Part shown: positions 22,619-33,799 of the stretch, piece after piece | Layout: the number at the start of each line of letters is the position of its first letter | How positions within the stretch are numbered: the stretch's first letter is position 1 | Assembly: GCA_051294375.1 (NCBI GenBank) | Contig: JBJCIZ010001666.1 | Location: 1-64,000, forward strand | Reading direction: 5' to 3' | From: Paraspadella gotoi | Lineage: Eukaryota; Animalia; Chaetognatha | Length of the DNA: 64,000 nt | The notes under the pieces: model-generated | The model's input: only the letters and a program-made list of their open reading frames with translations | Told to the model about the DNA's origin: nothing | Databases searched by the model: none | Program-made: the position numbers and the translations under genes

Positions 22619-22885
22619 GATTCTGCTGTCCTCCCTCCGATTGAATTGACTCCATCCTCACGATCTCAAATTCCTCTTCCTCCACTTCTTCGGCCCTTCT
22701 TTTTTTTATGAAGAAAAACATTTTGTTTTAATCACAAATATTACTTATATTATTATTATTATTATTAATATTATATAATTAATTAATTGTATATAATTAT
22801 TTAGATTAATAAAAAAATTTAAAAATAAAGCTTTATCGAATCATTTTTTTTCTCACCTTTTGTTGCCATTTGGGGTTGCCATCAT
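21817..22885 (-). CDS. Spliced 4-exon gene (poly-Q N-terminus, possible PC4-like C-terminal domain)
   Basis: Exons 22885-22857 (MMATPNGNK), ~22699-22540, 22444-22385, 22312-21817 join in frame via phase-2 GT-AG introns. The PC4-like call is weak. Confidence 0.65.
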
Positions 22886-23414
22886 GTTTGATTGTATTCC
22901 GATTTTACTGAGTGCTTTTTAAACGCTGCTCCTTTCTTTCTTTTTGTCGTTGAATTATTTTATGTAACTTTTCCCTTAATTTAAAATTATATTGAAAGAC
23001 ATTTTAAAAATAAAAAACTATTTAACCTATCAATTATTTTTTTTAATTTTACAATACCTTAGTATTTTATTTTCCTCTTTCAAATTCCCGATAAGTTCGG
23101 AGCAATCCTCAACTTCGTGGTTAAGTATATAAAATTTATATATGTAAGTCCCACAATTCTCACAAAGTTTTTCAAAAGGAGACTTGCAAAGCGGGCAAAC
23201 TGGATAACTCTCAGAATATTTTTTTATTTGAATTACGCACTGATGACAATATAAATGACCTAAAATTAAATATAATTTTAATTCAACTTATTAATTTAAA
23301 AATATCATTTTTTGTAAGAATAAACTAACCTAAAACACAACCAATGCAACGTCTATCAGTCTTATTAAATTTATTTTTGCATACGTTACATATCCCAATA
23401 TAATCGGCGTTCAT
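22882..23414 (-). CDS. Spliced RING-finger protein, SIAH/Sina-like RING plus a second Zn finger (putative E3 ligase)
   Basis: MNADYIGICNVC...GCVL[intron 23329-23260]GHLYCHQC...CPLCK...CENCG...NHEVEDC, then intron 23057-22975. The stop TGA overlaps the next gene's ATG. Confidence 0.75.
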
Positions 23415-23465
23415 TATGCGAAACAAATTTCTCTTTTGTGGTCGCGCGTGAGAAATTCCATTCGG

Positions 23466-23472
23466 TTTTATA
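23466..23472 (-). promoter_or_regulatory. TATA box upstream of the RING gene
   Basis: TATAAAA on the minus strand ~50 bp upstream of the ATG at 23414, after a C-rich stretch. Confidence 0.45.
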
Positions 23473-24214
23473 CCCAAGGGATCCTAGGGGTCCGTTGAGG
23501 GGGGTGGGGGAGTAGAGGGGGGAAGAGGGAAATCTAATGTACTCAGGGTCGGTAAAAATAATCTCCAATTGTCAATCAAATAAATCAATCCTTTCAATGT
23601 CAAGTACATTAACAACAACAACAACAACGAAACAAAATATTTTTTCTGGGTGAAGATTACGATTTTTCTTAAAATCATAAAAAGATAAGAAGTCTCCAAG
23701 TTTTTTATATTATAATTTTAAATTTTCTTAACTTCAAGCAAATCTTTGTATCTCGTTTCATTATTCTCCTTTTGCTCTCTCTCTTTCGCGTCTCTCTTCA
23801 TTTTTTTTTCTACTTAAAGTTAGCCTTCGCCTTCGTTCCTTTACCTTACCTTTCTCTTTCTTCCTCTCTCTATCTTTCTTTCAAAAATGTATTTCTTTTT
23901 CTTTATTTCTCTCTTTTTCTCTTTCATTATAAATACTAAATCCCAATTAAACCCGAGTCGCGTTCATCACTGGACAACGCCCTTGAGAAGTAAGTTCGCA
24001 ACAGATTGTTATTCTCATACAGTATTACTCTTTTATGATTTTTCCGCAAATGTACGAGAAATACCAAAATTGTTTTTTTTCTTTTTCTTATCGTTAAAAA
24101 TAACAAGATGAAAGTCTATTCCATTGTTTTTACTTTCTCTTTTTTCCTCTTCCTCTTCCTCATCTACTCTTTCTTGATAACTAAAGTAAAACGAAAATTC
24201 ATAACCGGGTAAAA

Positions 24215-24550
24215 ATGGATTCCTCATCCGATAGCGATTATGGTTCTGACGACAATAACCAAAATAACTTCAACCCTAACCTTATTAACCCTAACCTTAT
24301 TAACCCTAACCCAACCCGCGCCCTTGTAGTATATAACCATTCGTGGTATATCAATAGAATCAATAATACCGCCTATTACCACGATCTATTTACCCCCACC
24401 ATTTTACCTATAACCTTCCCCGCCCATTTAGTCCAAATTAATTCCCATTTACTCCCATTTAACATCGCCCAGCAAATAATTTTCCCAACTTTCATAAACC
24501 CTCAACCCCACCACCATATCGCTATCAACCCATTCGAACCTATGGTTTAA
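24215..24550 (+). CDS. Small Asn/Pro-rich hypothetical protein
   Basis: 111-aa ORF with a good ATG context (aaaaATGG) and NPNLI repeats. Confidence 0.4.
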   Translation: MDSSSDSDYGSDDNNQNNFNPNLINPNLINPNPTRALVVYNHSWYINRINNTAYYHDLFTPTILPITFPAHLVQINSHLLPFNIAQQIIFPTFINPQPHHHIAINPFEPMV

Positions 24551-24554
24551 TTAG

Positions 24555-25609
24555 CGAAATGGGCGACGACGACGACGGCGGCAACGTGGACAAAGACGAA
24601 TGAAGTATCGAAGAATACGCCGGTGACGTCACAAACCACCTTCCATCGAACAACGTCACCGGCTAAATTCTCATTTTCGTCCACGGGGTCGGTGACGTCA
24701 GAGACCATTTTTATGTCATCACTGGCAACGACGTCACCGACCACCCCAAACAACATCCCGTCCTCCGTCTCGTCGTCCGTAATAGTCCGCCCATCCACGA
24801 ACGCGGTCTCAACCTCCTCCATCACGCCGGTGACGTCACAGACCTTTTCTCAATGGGCAACGACGTCACCGGTAAGCCCTTCCGTCTCATCCTCCGTGCC
24901 CTCCTCCGTCCCATCCTCAATGCCCTCCGTTCCATCCTCCGGTCCGTCATCCTCAATGCCCTCCGTTCCATCCTCCGGTCCGTCATCCTCAATGCCCTCT
25001 GTTCCATCCTCCGGTCCGTCATCCGTCCCGTCGTCTACAAATTCCCTCTCCTCCTCCTCCTCCATCGCGTCGGTGACGTCACGGACCTTATTCCCATGGG
25101 CGACGACGTCACCGGCGACCCTCATCTCCTCCCCTAAAAATTCTTCGGCGAGGTCATCATCATCATCGTCATCAACGTTTGAGACGTCGCCGATGTCAAT
25201 ACCATCTACATCGGCGACGTCACCGGGATCAAAGACGACGCCGTCCATGCCGATGACGTCACCAAAGGCGCCAACAACTGCGGTGACGTCAACGGCGTTG
25301 GCGGATCCAAGATCAAGTGATCAAAACAAGTAAAAAAAATTAATGTGAATATTTTATATTGTTAAATGTTATCATCATATTTCCGTTTTTCTAATTCAGT
25401 TTTTTTATTCTTTTTCATAGTTCAAATTGGATTTTGATGACAATTGGACTGGGAAATTTGTTAATTTTAGTTTTATTTTAATTTTCGTTATCGTTATTTT
25501 TAAAAAAGTTAAAAGTGTAAATTCAAATTCAAATGAGAGAAAAAAACTAAAGTCAACAAACATCACGAAGGAAGAAAGAAGAAAGATGCCGAAGCTCCCC
25601 CCCGTGTAA
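24555..25609 (+). CDS. Mucin-like Ser/Thr/Pro-rich type I membrane protein, spliced (5' end unresolved)
   Basis: TTSP/SSVPSSGP repeats (ORF 24623-25333), intron 25330-25420, then WILMTIGLGNLLILVL...IFVIVIFKK transmembrane segment (1-nt indel) and a basic tail. Confidence 0.6.
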
Positions 25610-26288
25610 ATATGTTCTCCCCATTTTTCCCCCAACCCAAAAAATTGGCCACGGTAAAAAACCCTGGATTAAGCCAAATCAATTTGTTCAACCAGAGAAA
25701 ATATTGAATTTTCAAATCTTTCCCAAGAATTAAATGAAAATGAAGATGACGATATGTACTTTTTGAATCACAACATTTTATATCAAAGTACATTATGTCA
25801 TCTTCTTTTTCATTTAATTCTTGGATATATTGAAAATTTATTTATTTTCCCTTTGTTGAACCAAATTTTAAGTTAATCTATGTTTTTTACGGTGGTCAAT
25901 TTTTTGGGTAATTGTATGTTCTCGTTCTGTTTTTTTTTATGTTCACTGCTATAAATGTTAATAATTATATTATTTCTCGTAGTCATAACAAAGGTGTTTA
26001 ATTCATTGTAAACAGTATCTACTGTAAATGTTAATCGAAATCCTCTGTTCATCATATGGAAAAATTCTCAGGGTAAAAATTCGTATTTGTACTTAAGTAT
26101 TATCAATGATTCGAATTCAAAAACGGTTACGTATTTTCAAAAAAAGATCAAAGTCCAATCTTTGTAATCTCAGATCGACCACTCGAGTTTGCCGAGTTTG
26201 AAATCAGAGAGGAGATAGCGACGGAGAATTAAAAGAGAGATAGAGATAGCGATAGAAATTAAGGGAATTAAAAAGGAAAGTGATCTAG

Positions 26289-27406
26289 TCCCCGTGTCGG
26301 TTTTGGATCAAGCTGCCAGTCCCCGTTCGAGGTTCTATGACAAACTGCAGACCCCGTTTTTTATTATCTCTTACCGGTAAGGAAAAGGAGAGATGCAATG
26401 TTTAAAAATAAATTATATTTAATGCATTAAAAAATAATGTTTCATTTCTTTTTCAGAGCAATTACCTTTGACGAAGAAGCCAAAGAAGGGAAAGAAGGGG
26501 AAGAAGGAGAAGGAAGCGGAGGCCCGGGCGGAGACGACAACAACAACGAGGACGGTGACGACGAAAGAAGCAGCAGCTGTCTTTCGACCTGCAGTTGCAG
26601 AGCGGTCAAAGTAAGTTTTCAAATGATATGAATTCAATGCAAAAACAAAAAACAAAAAAACAAAACAAAACAAAAACTCGAACATTTCTTGCTCCTTTCC
26701 TAGTTCAACACTTATTATGAGTGTTGCTATTGCAACGACCGAAACTTCCTTCTTTTCGCCCTCACCTTCCTCTTCATCGGCGTCGTACTCGCCGTCTCCA
26801 TCTGTCTCGAGCAGTGTCGAGACTTCGGTTGCCAGTAGTTTCAAGTAAGATTTAAAATTGATTAATTGATTGATTGATTGATTGGTTAATTTAAAAATTG
26901 ATGAAAAATTATTTTTTCTCTTTCTCGTCCATTTCAGCATTGGCATTGGTATTGGCATTGCGGCAGCGGTCGGCCTCCTCTTCGTCCTCGTCCTCGGCGT
27001 CGTTCGGTGCTGCGCCAAGCGTCGACGTCGTCAAACGCGGTGCCACAACTCGGACGAGGAAACGGGGATGGAGGATTTGACCTGCAGCCCCAACGCCATT
27101 CCATTGCAGGGGTTGAGGAGAGGGCGCGGAGGAGAGGAAGAGGAAGCGGAACCGGCAACGGCGGAAACGATGCTGTCGCGCCCGCCAACCAGGAGGAGAA
27201 GGGCGAGGTTGGGATCCTCATCGAATCTCGATCCCGCCAGCGTCGTGGGGATTTTGGAGGAGAGGCTGGAGGGGATGAGGATGTCGGAGTTGGTGAGGAG
27301 AGAGGAGGAGGAAGATGAGTGGGAGACGATGGAAGGGAGGAGAAGCGGGACGGCGGCGGAAGCGGCTGCAGAGGCAAGGGAGTGGGCGGCTGAGGCAGAG
27401 ACGGTG
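26289..27406 (+). CDS. Second spliced type I membrane protein with S/T-rich stalk; both ends unresolved
   Basis: Introns 26377-26456, 26611-26703 and 26845-26937 join in frame to the TM IGIGIGIAAAVGLLFVLVLGVV-RCCAKRRRR and an acidic cytoplasmic tail running into the gap. Confidence 0.7.
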
Positions 27407-28366
27407 NNNNNNNNNNNNNNNNNNNNNNNNNNNNNNNNNNNNNNNNNNNNNNNNNNNNNNNNNNNNNNNNNNNNNNNNNNNNNNNNNNNNNNNNNNNNNN
27501 NNNNNNNNNNNNNNNNNNNNNNNNNNNNNNNNNNNNNNNNNNNNNNNNNNNNNNNNNNNNNNNNNNNNNNNNNNNNNNNNNNNNNNNNNNNNNNNNNNNN
27601 NNNNNNNNNNNNNNNNNNNNNNNNNNNNNNNNNNNNNNNNNNNNNNNNNNNNNNNNNNNNNNNNNNNNNNNNNNNNNNNNNNNNNNNNNNNNNNNNNNNN
27701 NNNNNNNNNNNNNNNNNNNNNNNNNNNNNNNNNNNNNNNNNNNNNNNNNNNNNNNNNNNNNNNNNNNNNNNNNNNNNNNNNNNNNNNNNNNNNNNNNNNN
27801 NNNNNNNNNNNNNNNNNNNNNNNNNNNNNNNNNNNNNNNNNNNNNNNNNNNNNNNNNNNNNNNNNNNNNNNNNNNNNNNNNNNNNNNNNNNNNNNNNNNN
27901 NNNNNNNNNNNNNNNNNNNNNNNNNNNNNNNNNNNNNNNNNNNNNNNNNNNNNNNNNNNNNNNNNNNNNNNNNNNNNNNNNNNNNNNNNNNNNNNNNNNN
28001 NNNNNNNNNNNNNNNNNNNNNNNNNNNNNNNNNNNNNNNNNNNNNNNNNNNNNNNNNNNNNNNNNNNNNNNNNNNNNNNNNNNNNNNNNNNNNNNNNNNN
28101 NNNNNNNNNNNNNNNNNNNNNNNNNNNNNNNNNNNNNNNNNNNNNNNNNNNNNNNNNNNNNNNNNNNNNNNNNNNNNNNNNNNNNNNNNNNNNNNNNNNN
28201 NNNNNNNNNNNNNNNNNNNNNNNNNNNNNNNNNNNNNNNNNNNNNNNNNNNNNNNNNNNNNNNNNNNNNNNNNNNNNNNNNNNNNNNNNNNNNNNNNNNN
28301 NNNNNNNNNNNNNNNNNNNNNNNNNNNNNNNNNNNNNNNNNNNNNNNNNNNNNNNNNNNNNNNNNC

Positions 28367-29612
28367 CAAATGTGGTGCATTCTCCCGCGTCTGGAGGATT
28401 TGGTCACGGGAAGTTAGTTCAGCTGAACCAAGTTGGAGCCGGCCGCTTACCGAACTATAGCGGCGGCGGCAGCTATAACCCGGACTTTCGCATTCCTCAC
28501 GATCAATGGAATGCGCAAGGCGCTCGGCCTAAGATTCGGACGACGCTGACGACCGGAAGAGCAAAATGGGAGACGAGATTGGCGAAAGCCAAAAAAGATC
28601 CTCGTCTTAAGCATAGGATGATCAACCTCAAGGACTCGAAAAAGAAAGCAAAAACTGGTACGTTACCGGCGGGAGGGTTCATCCAAGTTACTCCTCGGAA
28701 TTTTTCTGGGAAAAAGGCGGAGGCCGCATCTGGGGAATTTGGGTTAAGCAGATCTAATATGGAATTTTCGTGCGGGGATAACGTGACTATTAAAGTCCGT
28801 AATTCTGGCCTTTTATTTGAAAAAAAGGTCATGTCACACCAAGAAGTAGACAAGGTTCTTTTTAAACAAAACATCGGNNNNNNNNNNNNNNNNNNNNNNN
28901 NNNNNNNNNNNNNNNNNNNNNNNNNNNNNNNNNNNNNNNNNNNNNNNNNNNNNNNNNNNNNNNNNNNNNNNNNNNNNNNNNNNNNNNNNNNNNNNNNNNN
29001 NNNNNNNNNNNNNNNNNNNNNNNNNNNNNNNNNNNNNNNNNNNNNNNNNNNNNNNNNNNNNNNNNNNNNNNNNNNNNNNNNNNNNNNNNNNNNNNNNNNN
29101 NNNNNNNNNNNNNNNNNNNNNNNNNNNNNNNNNNNNCTCAAAGCATGACCGATTTGCCCGTCGACGCCACTCAGGCAGAAATCAGTTATGCCAACGAGCT
29201 CTATTTAAAAGAAGGAAGTTTTTATCCTTTATCGGCGAACAGAGGGGTTTTTGTTACTGTGGAATATGGGAAAAACGATCCTTCGCGAAGAGNNNNNNNN
29301 NNNNNNNNNNNNNNNNNNNNNNNNNNNNNNNNNNNNNNNNNNNNNNNNNNNNNNNNNNNNNNNNNNNNNNNNNNNNNNNNNNNNNNNNNNNNNNNNNNNN
29401 NNNNNNNNNNNNNNNNNNNNNNNNNNNNNNNNNNNNNNNNNNNNNNNNNNNNNNNNNNNNNNNNNNNNNNNNNNNNNNNNNNNNNNNNNNNNNNNNNNNN
29501 NNNNNTGCCTGGGGGCGAAGATGAATTCGGAAATGGCAATGATTTTTATGTTAAGTCAAAATCTCCTTCTTTTTTCATCAAAGGTTTTGAATTAAAAAAA
29601 AGAGAGAGATGA
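28367..29612 (+). CDS. Gapped fragment of a Polinton-type accessory gene (QVGAG motif, possible PC4-like repeats); copy 1 of 3
   Basis: ORF pieces 28372-28877 and 29145-29292 are nearly identical to minus-strand copies at 38193-39232 and 41590-42660. Confidence 0.5.
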
Positions 29613-29759
29613 ATTATGTAAATTCGATATTTGAAAAACCGAGAAAAACGCCGATTTTTTTTTAACCTCCGAATTTAACTTATATTGACGATGACAGAAA
29701 AAATCGCCTAAGGAAAAATACGAATTCAAATTATAGAAAATATGAATCTGAAATCGTAC

Positions 29760-32700
29760 GAACTGATATCGAATTAGGCTCGACGAACCGGCGGATAAAA
29801 AATTTACTTCATAAGTAGATAACTTGAGCGTCGACTTAACATAATGAAAGGACCCGCATCATCTTCGAAGCCATACCAGAAGAAGAACATCTCCGGCGTC
29901 GTCTCTGTAGCGTGGCCCGCGATCCAGAGATAAAATCTCGAATGGAAAGTAAAATTCACATCGATCTCAGTCTACCTGGCCCGTTCAATCGAGTAGTCGT
30001 CGACCGGAGATCGCTTCCACAAGCGAAGCCACCTGCACAGTTGAAAGACACGCTTCCGCTGGATGGCGCCGGATAACATCGGGTCCGAAATGTCGCCCGA
30101 AATTCACGGGCTGAGCTGCACGTTGTCGACATCGATAACAAAGTCAGGTGTCAGATGAATTTCCGCGGAAGCTCGACGACCCCTTGGCGATCAGATCCGT
30201 GGCGACGGTCCCCGCATCATCTTGGTAGAGAAGGAAACTTCAATACCGCGGCAAATTCGATTCTCGGTCCCAGAGATTGAAATAACAAAGAGAGAAAATC
30301 TTTCTTCGCGTGGCGAAGTCGTCATCACCAAACGCAAGGAAGTCGACGGCGAGGGACAATCCTCCAAATCCAGATGGAAACGCGTCGTCAACCGAAGAAA
30401 TCTTCAATTTTTCACCTTTGGCCTAGGGAGTGTAGACTCAGAGCCGAAGAAAATAAAATATTTTAACGAGACTAAGCTTGCAGTTTTCAATCACTTTGTA
30501 AGAAGGATATTTTATAAAAACGCAAATATCTCCCATTAATTCCCAACAATTACAAAGCTGAAATACGTCGTCGCTCGAAACCGACGTCACGATCGCGCCG
30601 CGGGGCGGAAACGCGCCCCCGCTCCCGCGGCGGCTGTAACAAGCAAAAGTCACGTAAGCCCTTTCACACCGGCGCCGGTCCTGACTAATTCCGGCGGCGG
30701 CGTCAGACTAAATTCTTCCGATTGCTCGTCGATGTCGAATTGCGTGAAAGATACTTTTTGAAAATCCCGCATCCTTGACGGGGCTCAATCCGTCTATGGA
30801 GGAGCGGATGATGATTTTTGTCAGCAAAAGCAGCGCTCCTTTGAGGGCATTTTTCGACAACGATGACCGCTTTCCCAAGCAGTTTGAAGCAGCGGCTGAG
30901 AGACGCAACAGTTTTTCGACGATCTGCGGGCCCACAAACGTTGAAACTTTTCGCAACTGTGCAAAGAATGGCGTCTCTCGCAAAGTGGAGCATGGCAAGT
31001 AAAGTCCCCTCGATCCCGGCGCTTGGTGGCACGACGCCCGATTTTGAAGTCGGCGCTCCCGTTGTGTGCAGGAAACGGTGAGGGCGGCCACCGAAGCCTT
31101 CTTCCTTCCTCGAAATGGATTGTCCCGCTTGATCCCGACGCCTGAACTTTNNNNNNNNNNNNNNNNNNNNNNNNNTCGCCGCCGTCTTCGCTCTGCTCGT
31201 CGCCGCTGGATGTTTTCCACTTTTCGCTGGCGGTCTAAAATCGAGAATCTCTTGGTTTATGGCAAGAAAAGACAAGAAATCACAGAAAGAAGGATCGTAA
31301 TTCCATTCATGATTCTGTCTAAAAATAACCACTTTTTTCGCCCACTTATCTGAAAGGTGTGGCATCCGTTTGGCGAGCAGATCCGCCATTACGGCCGCAC
31401 GGTCGAGGTCCGCAAGTTGGTCCGTCTCCTTCGCGAGGTCGTACACCTGCTGCAAAGTGATCAAAAGACCATGATGACCCGCTGAGTCCTTTCGATCGAG
31501 CTTCTGGCCGGTGAGGATCTGTTCAATCATTTCGTCCGCCGTCGTCCGCTTCATTCCCCACTTTCTCTTGAGAACGCCAAGGGCGTCATTAAGAGCCGCG
31601 GTAGCGTCATATCGAGATAGAAATCGTTCGATGGAACGCTTGGGAAGACCGTCGAACCAGTGAGGAAGCTCCTTCAACTTCATTGGATCCGTAGCGCCCT
31701 CCAACGCGCAGACGCTGACGTTGAAATCACGAAGTTGACGCTCAAAGTCTAAACGCGATGAAGTCTCGTCGACCTTGATCTTTGGGCGCTGCTGCTGAAG
31801 CATTTGGTAGGCGAGCGTTTGAGCTTGTATTTCCAAGAAGCCCGTCGCCATCGCAGCGGAGCGGACGAAGGCTGCCTCGAACGGCGCCGCATCAGAGGAT
31901 GACGCCGTTTGATGCCTTGAGGTGACGGAGACGTTTGAAGCCGCAAAATTTGGCGCAACGTCTCGTTGAATTGAAGCCGGCGCTTCGGCGGTCATTGCCG
32001 CAGTGGCAGGAACGCCGGCAGGCAAAGCAGGCGTGGAACTGGGGGGAGGATTCACTCCCCTCATCCTCGACGCCTCACGACGCAATCCTTCATTGAAAAG
32101 GTCCCTTATCGCGTCGCGCAAAAACTCCAAAGTGACGAACTGCAGACTTGGCGGATCAGCGGCAGGCGGAACGTCATCGGTTTCCGTTCCAACGCCCGCC
32201 GCCTCCTCGCATCCAGGTTCCGGTTCCGGCGGATGATGATCACGAATCGTCGACGAATTGACGCCGACTTTGTTGAGACGCGATGGCGATTCATGGCAGT
32301 GAATCGTCAAATCATTCGACAGAGGTGGAGTTTGAAGACGGTTGACGAGCTGTTGGAGAGAGGGCTCAAGACGGGGGGAGAGAGACTGAGCCTCGACCCA
32401 CTCAGCCGTACGCAATGTTGAAGGCACATGACGTTGATGCAGGTCACTCTCGACTTCGCCAAAAACTCGTGTTACCGGCCTCTGCAAATCACTTCTTCTC
32501 TCAATTCTTTCCATTCTCGTCCTACTTGGGTTTTCGGCGGTAGCGGCGATACGTATGTCGTTCTCCGCCGATTCATGCAACTCTCTCAATCTATCCGATT
32601 CTCCAAGAAGAGTCGAAGTTGTTGAAAAACCCAGCGCACTCCCATCGACGCCGACGAGAGACGCTTCATCGATCATCGAACCACCTGTTAAAATCTCGTT

Positions 32701-32820
32701 GATGGCGAGATCGATGTCGGATTGAAGACTTTGTGCTCTTGTCGATCCAGATATAAATGACGACGTCGGCCCTGGGGCGACCTCGACGGTCCCTACTGCG
32801 ACGCCAAGCACCGCAGCAGA
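29760..32820 (-). mobile_element. Degenerate BEL/Pao LTR retrotransposon gag (plus protease/pol remnants)
   Basis: 702-aa ORF 30703-32811 with a DUF1759-like DPMKLKELPHWFDG...LKRKWG region and a decayed BEL zinc knuckle CFKLLG...C...HHPLLH. Confidence 0.75.
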
Positions 32821-33799
32821 NNNNNNNNNNNNNNNNNNNNNNNNNNNNNNNNNNNNNNNNNNNNNNNNNNNNNNNNNNNNNNNNNNNNNNNNNNNNNNNN
32901 NNNNNNNNNNNNNNNNNNNNNNNNNNNNNNNNNNNNNNNNNNNNNNNNNNNNNNNNNNNNNNNNNNNNNNNNNNNNNNNNNNNNNNNNNNNNNNNNNNNN
33001 NNNNNNNNNNNNNNNNNNNNNNNNNNNNNNNNNNNNNNNNNNNNNNNNNNNNNNNNNNNNNNNNNNNNNNNNNNNNNNNNNNNNNNNNNNNNNNNNNNNN
33101 NNNNNNNNNNNNNNNNNNNNNNNNNNNNNNNNNNNNNNNNNNNNNNNNNNNNNNNNNNNNNNNNNNNNNNNNNNNNNNNNNNNNNNNNNNNNNNNNNNNN
33201 NNNNNNNNNNNNNNNNNNNNNNNNNNNNNNNNNNNNNNNNNNNNNNNNNNNNNNNNNNNNNNNNNNNNNNNNNNNNNNNNNNNNNNNNNNNNNNNNNNNN
33301 NNNNNNNNNNNNNNNNNNNNNNNNNNNNNNNNNNNNNNNNNNNNNNNNNNNNNNNNNNNNNNNNNNNNNNNNNNNNNNNNNNNNNNNNNNNNNNNNNNNN
33401 NNNNNNNNNNNNNNNNNNNNNNNNNNNNNNNNNNNNNNNNNNNNNNNNNNNNNNNNNNNNNNNNNNNNNNNNNNNNNNNNNNNNNNNNNNNNNNNNNNNN
33501 NNNNNNNNNNNNNNNNNNNNNNNNNNNNNNNNNNNNNNNNNNNNNNNNNNNNNNNNNNNNNNNNNNNNNNNNNNNNNNNNNNNNNNNNNNNNNNNNNNNN
33601 NNNNNNNNNNNNNNNNNNNNNNNNNNNNNNNNNNNNNNNNNNNNNNNNNNNNNNNNNNNNNNNNNNNNNNNNNNNNNNNNNNNNNNNNNNNNNNNNNNNN
33701 NNNNNNNNNNNNNNNNNNNNNNNNNNNNNNNNNNNNNNNNNNNNNNNNNNNNNNNNNNNNNNNNNNNNNNNNNNNNNNNNNNNNNNNNNNNNNNNNNNG

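Larger units (their letters stand above)
2079..27406. mobile_element. Polinton/Maverick (adintovirus-like) endogenous viral element with two pPolB genes and a spliced accessory region; ends undefined
   Basis: Hallmark gene set in compact order: pPolB, ATPase, integrase, minor capsid, core, major capsid, adenain protease, second pPolB. The right end runs into the N-gap at 27407. Confidence 0.92.

Noticed and set aside
24272-24316. AACCCTAACC telomere-like repeats
   Set aside because: Only a 15-bp unit repeated about three times, explained by NPNLI codons inside an ORF.
27407-33798. Long ORFs of 350-510 aa in the ORF track
   Set aside because: They are read through runs of N (assembly gaps).
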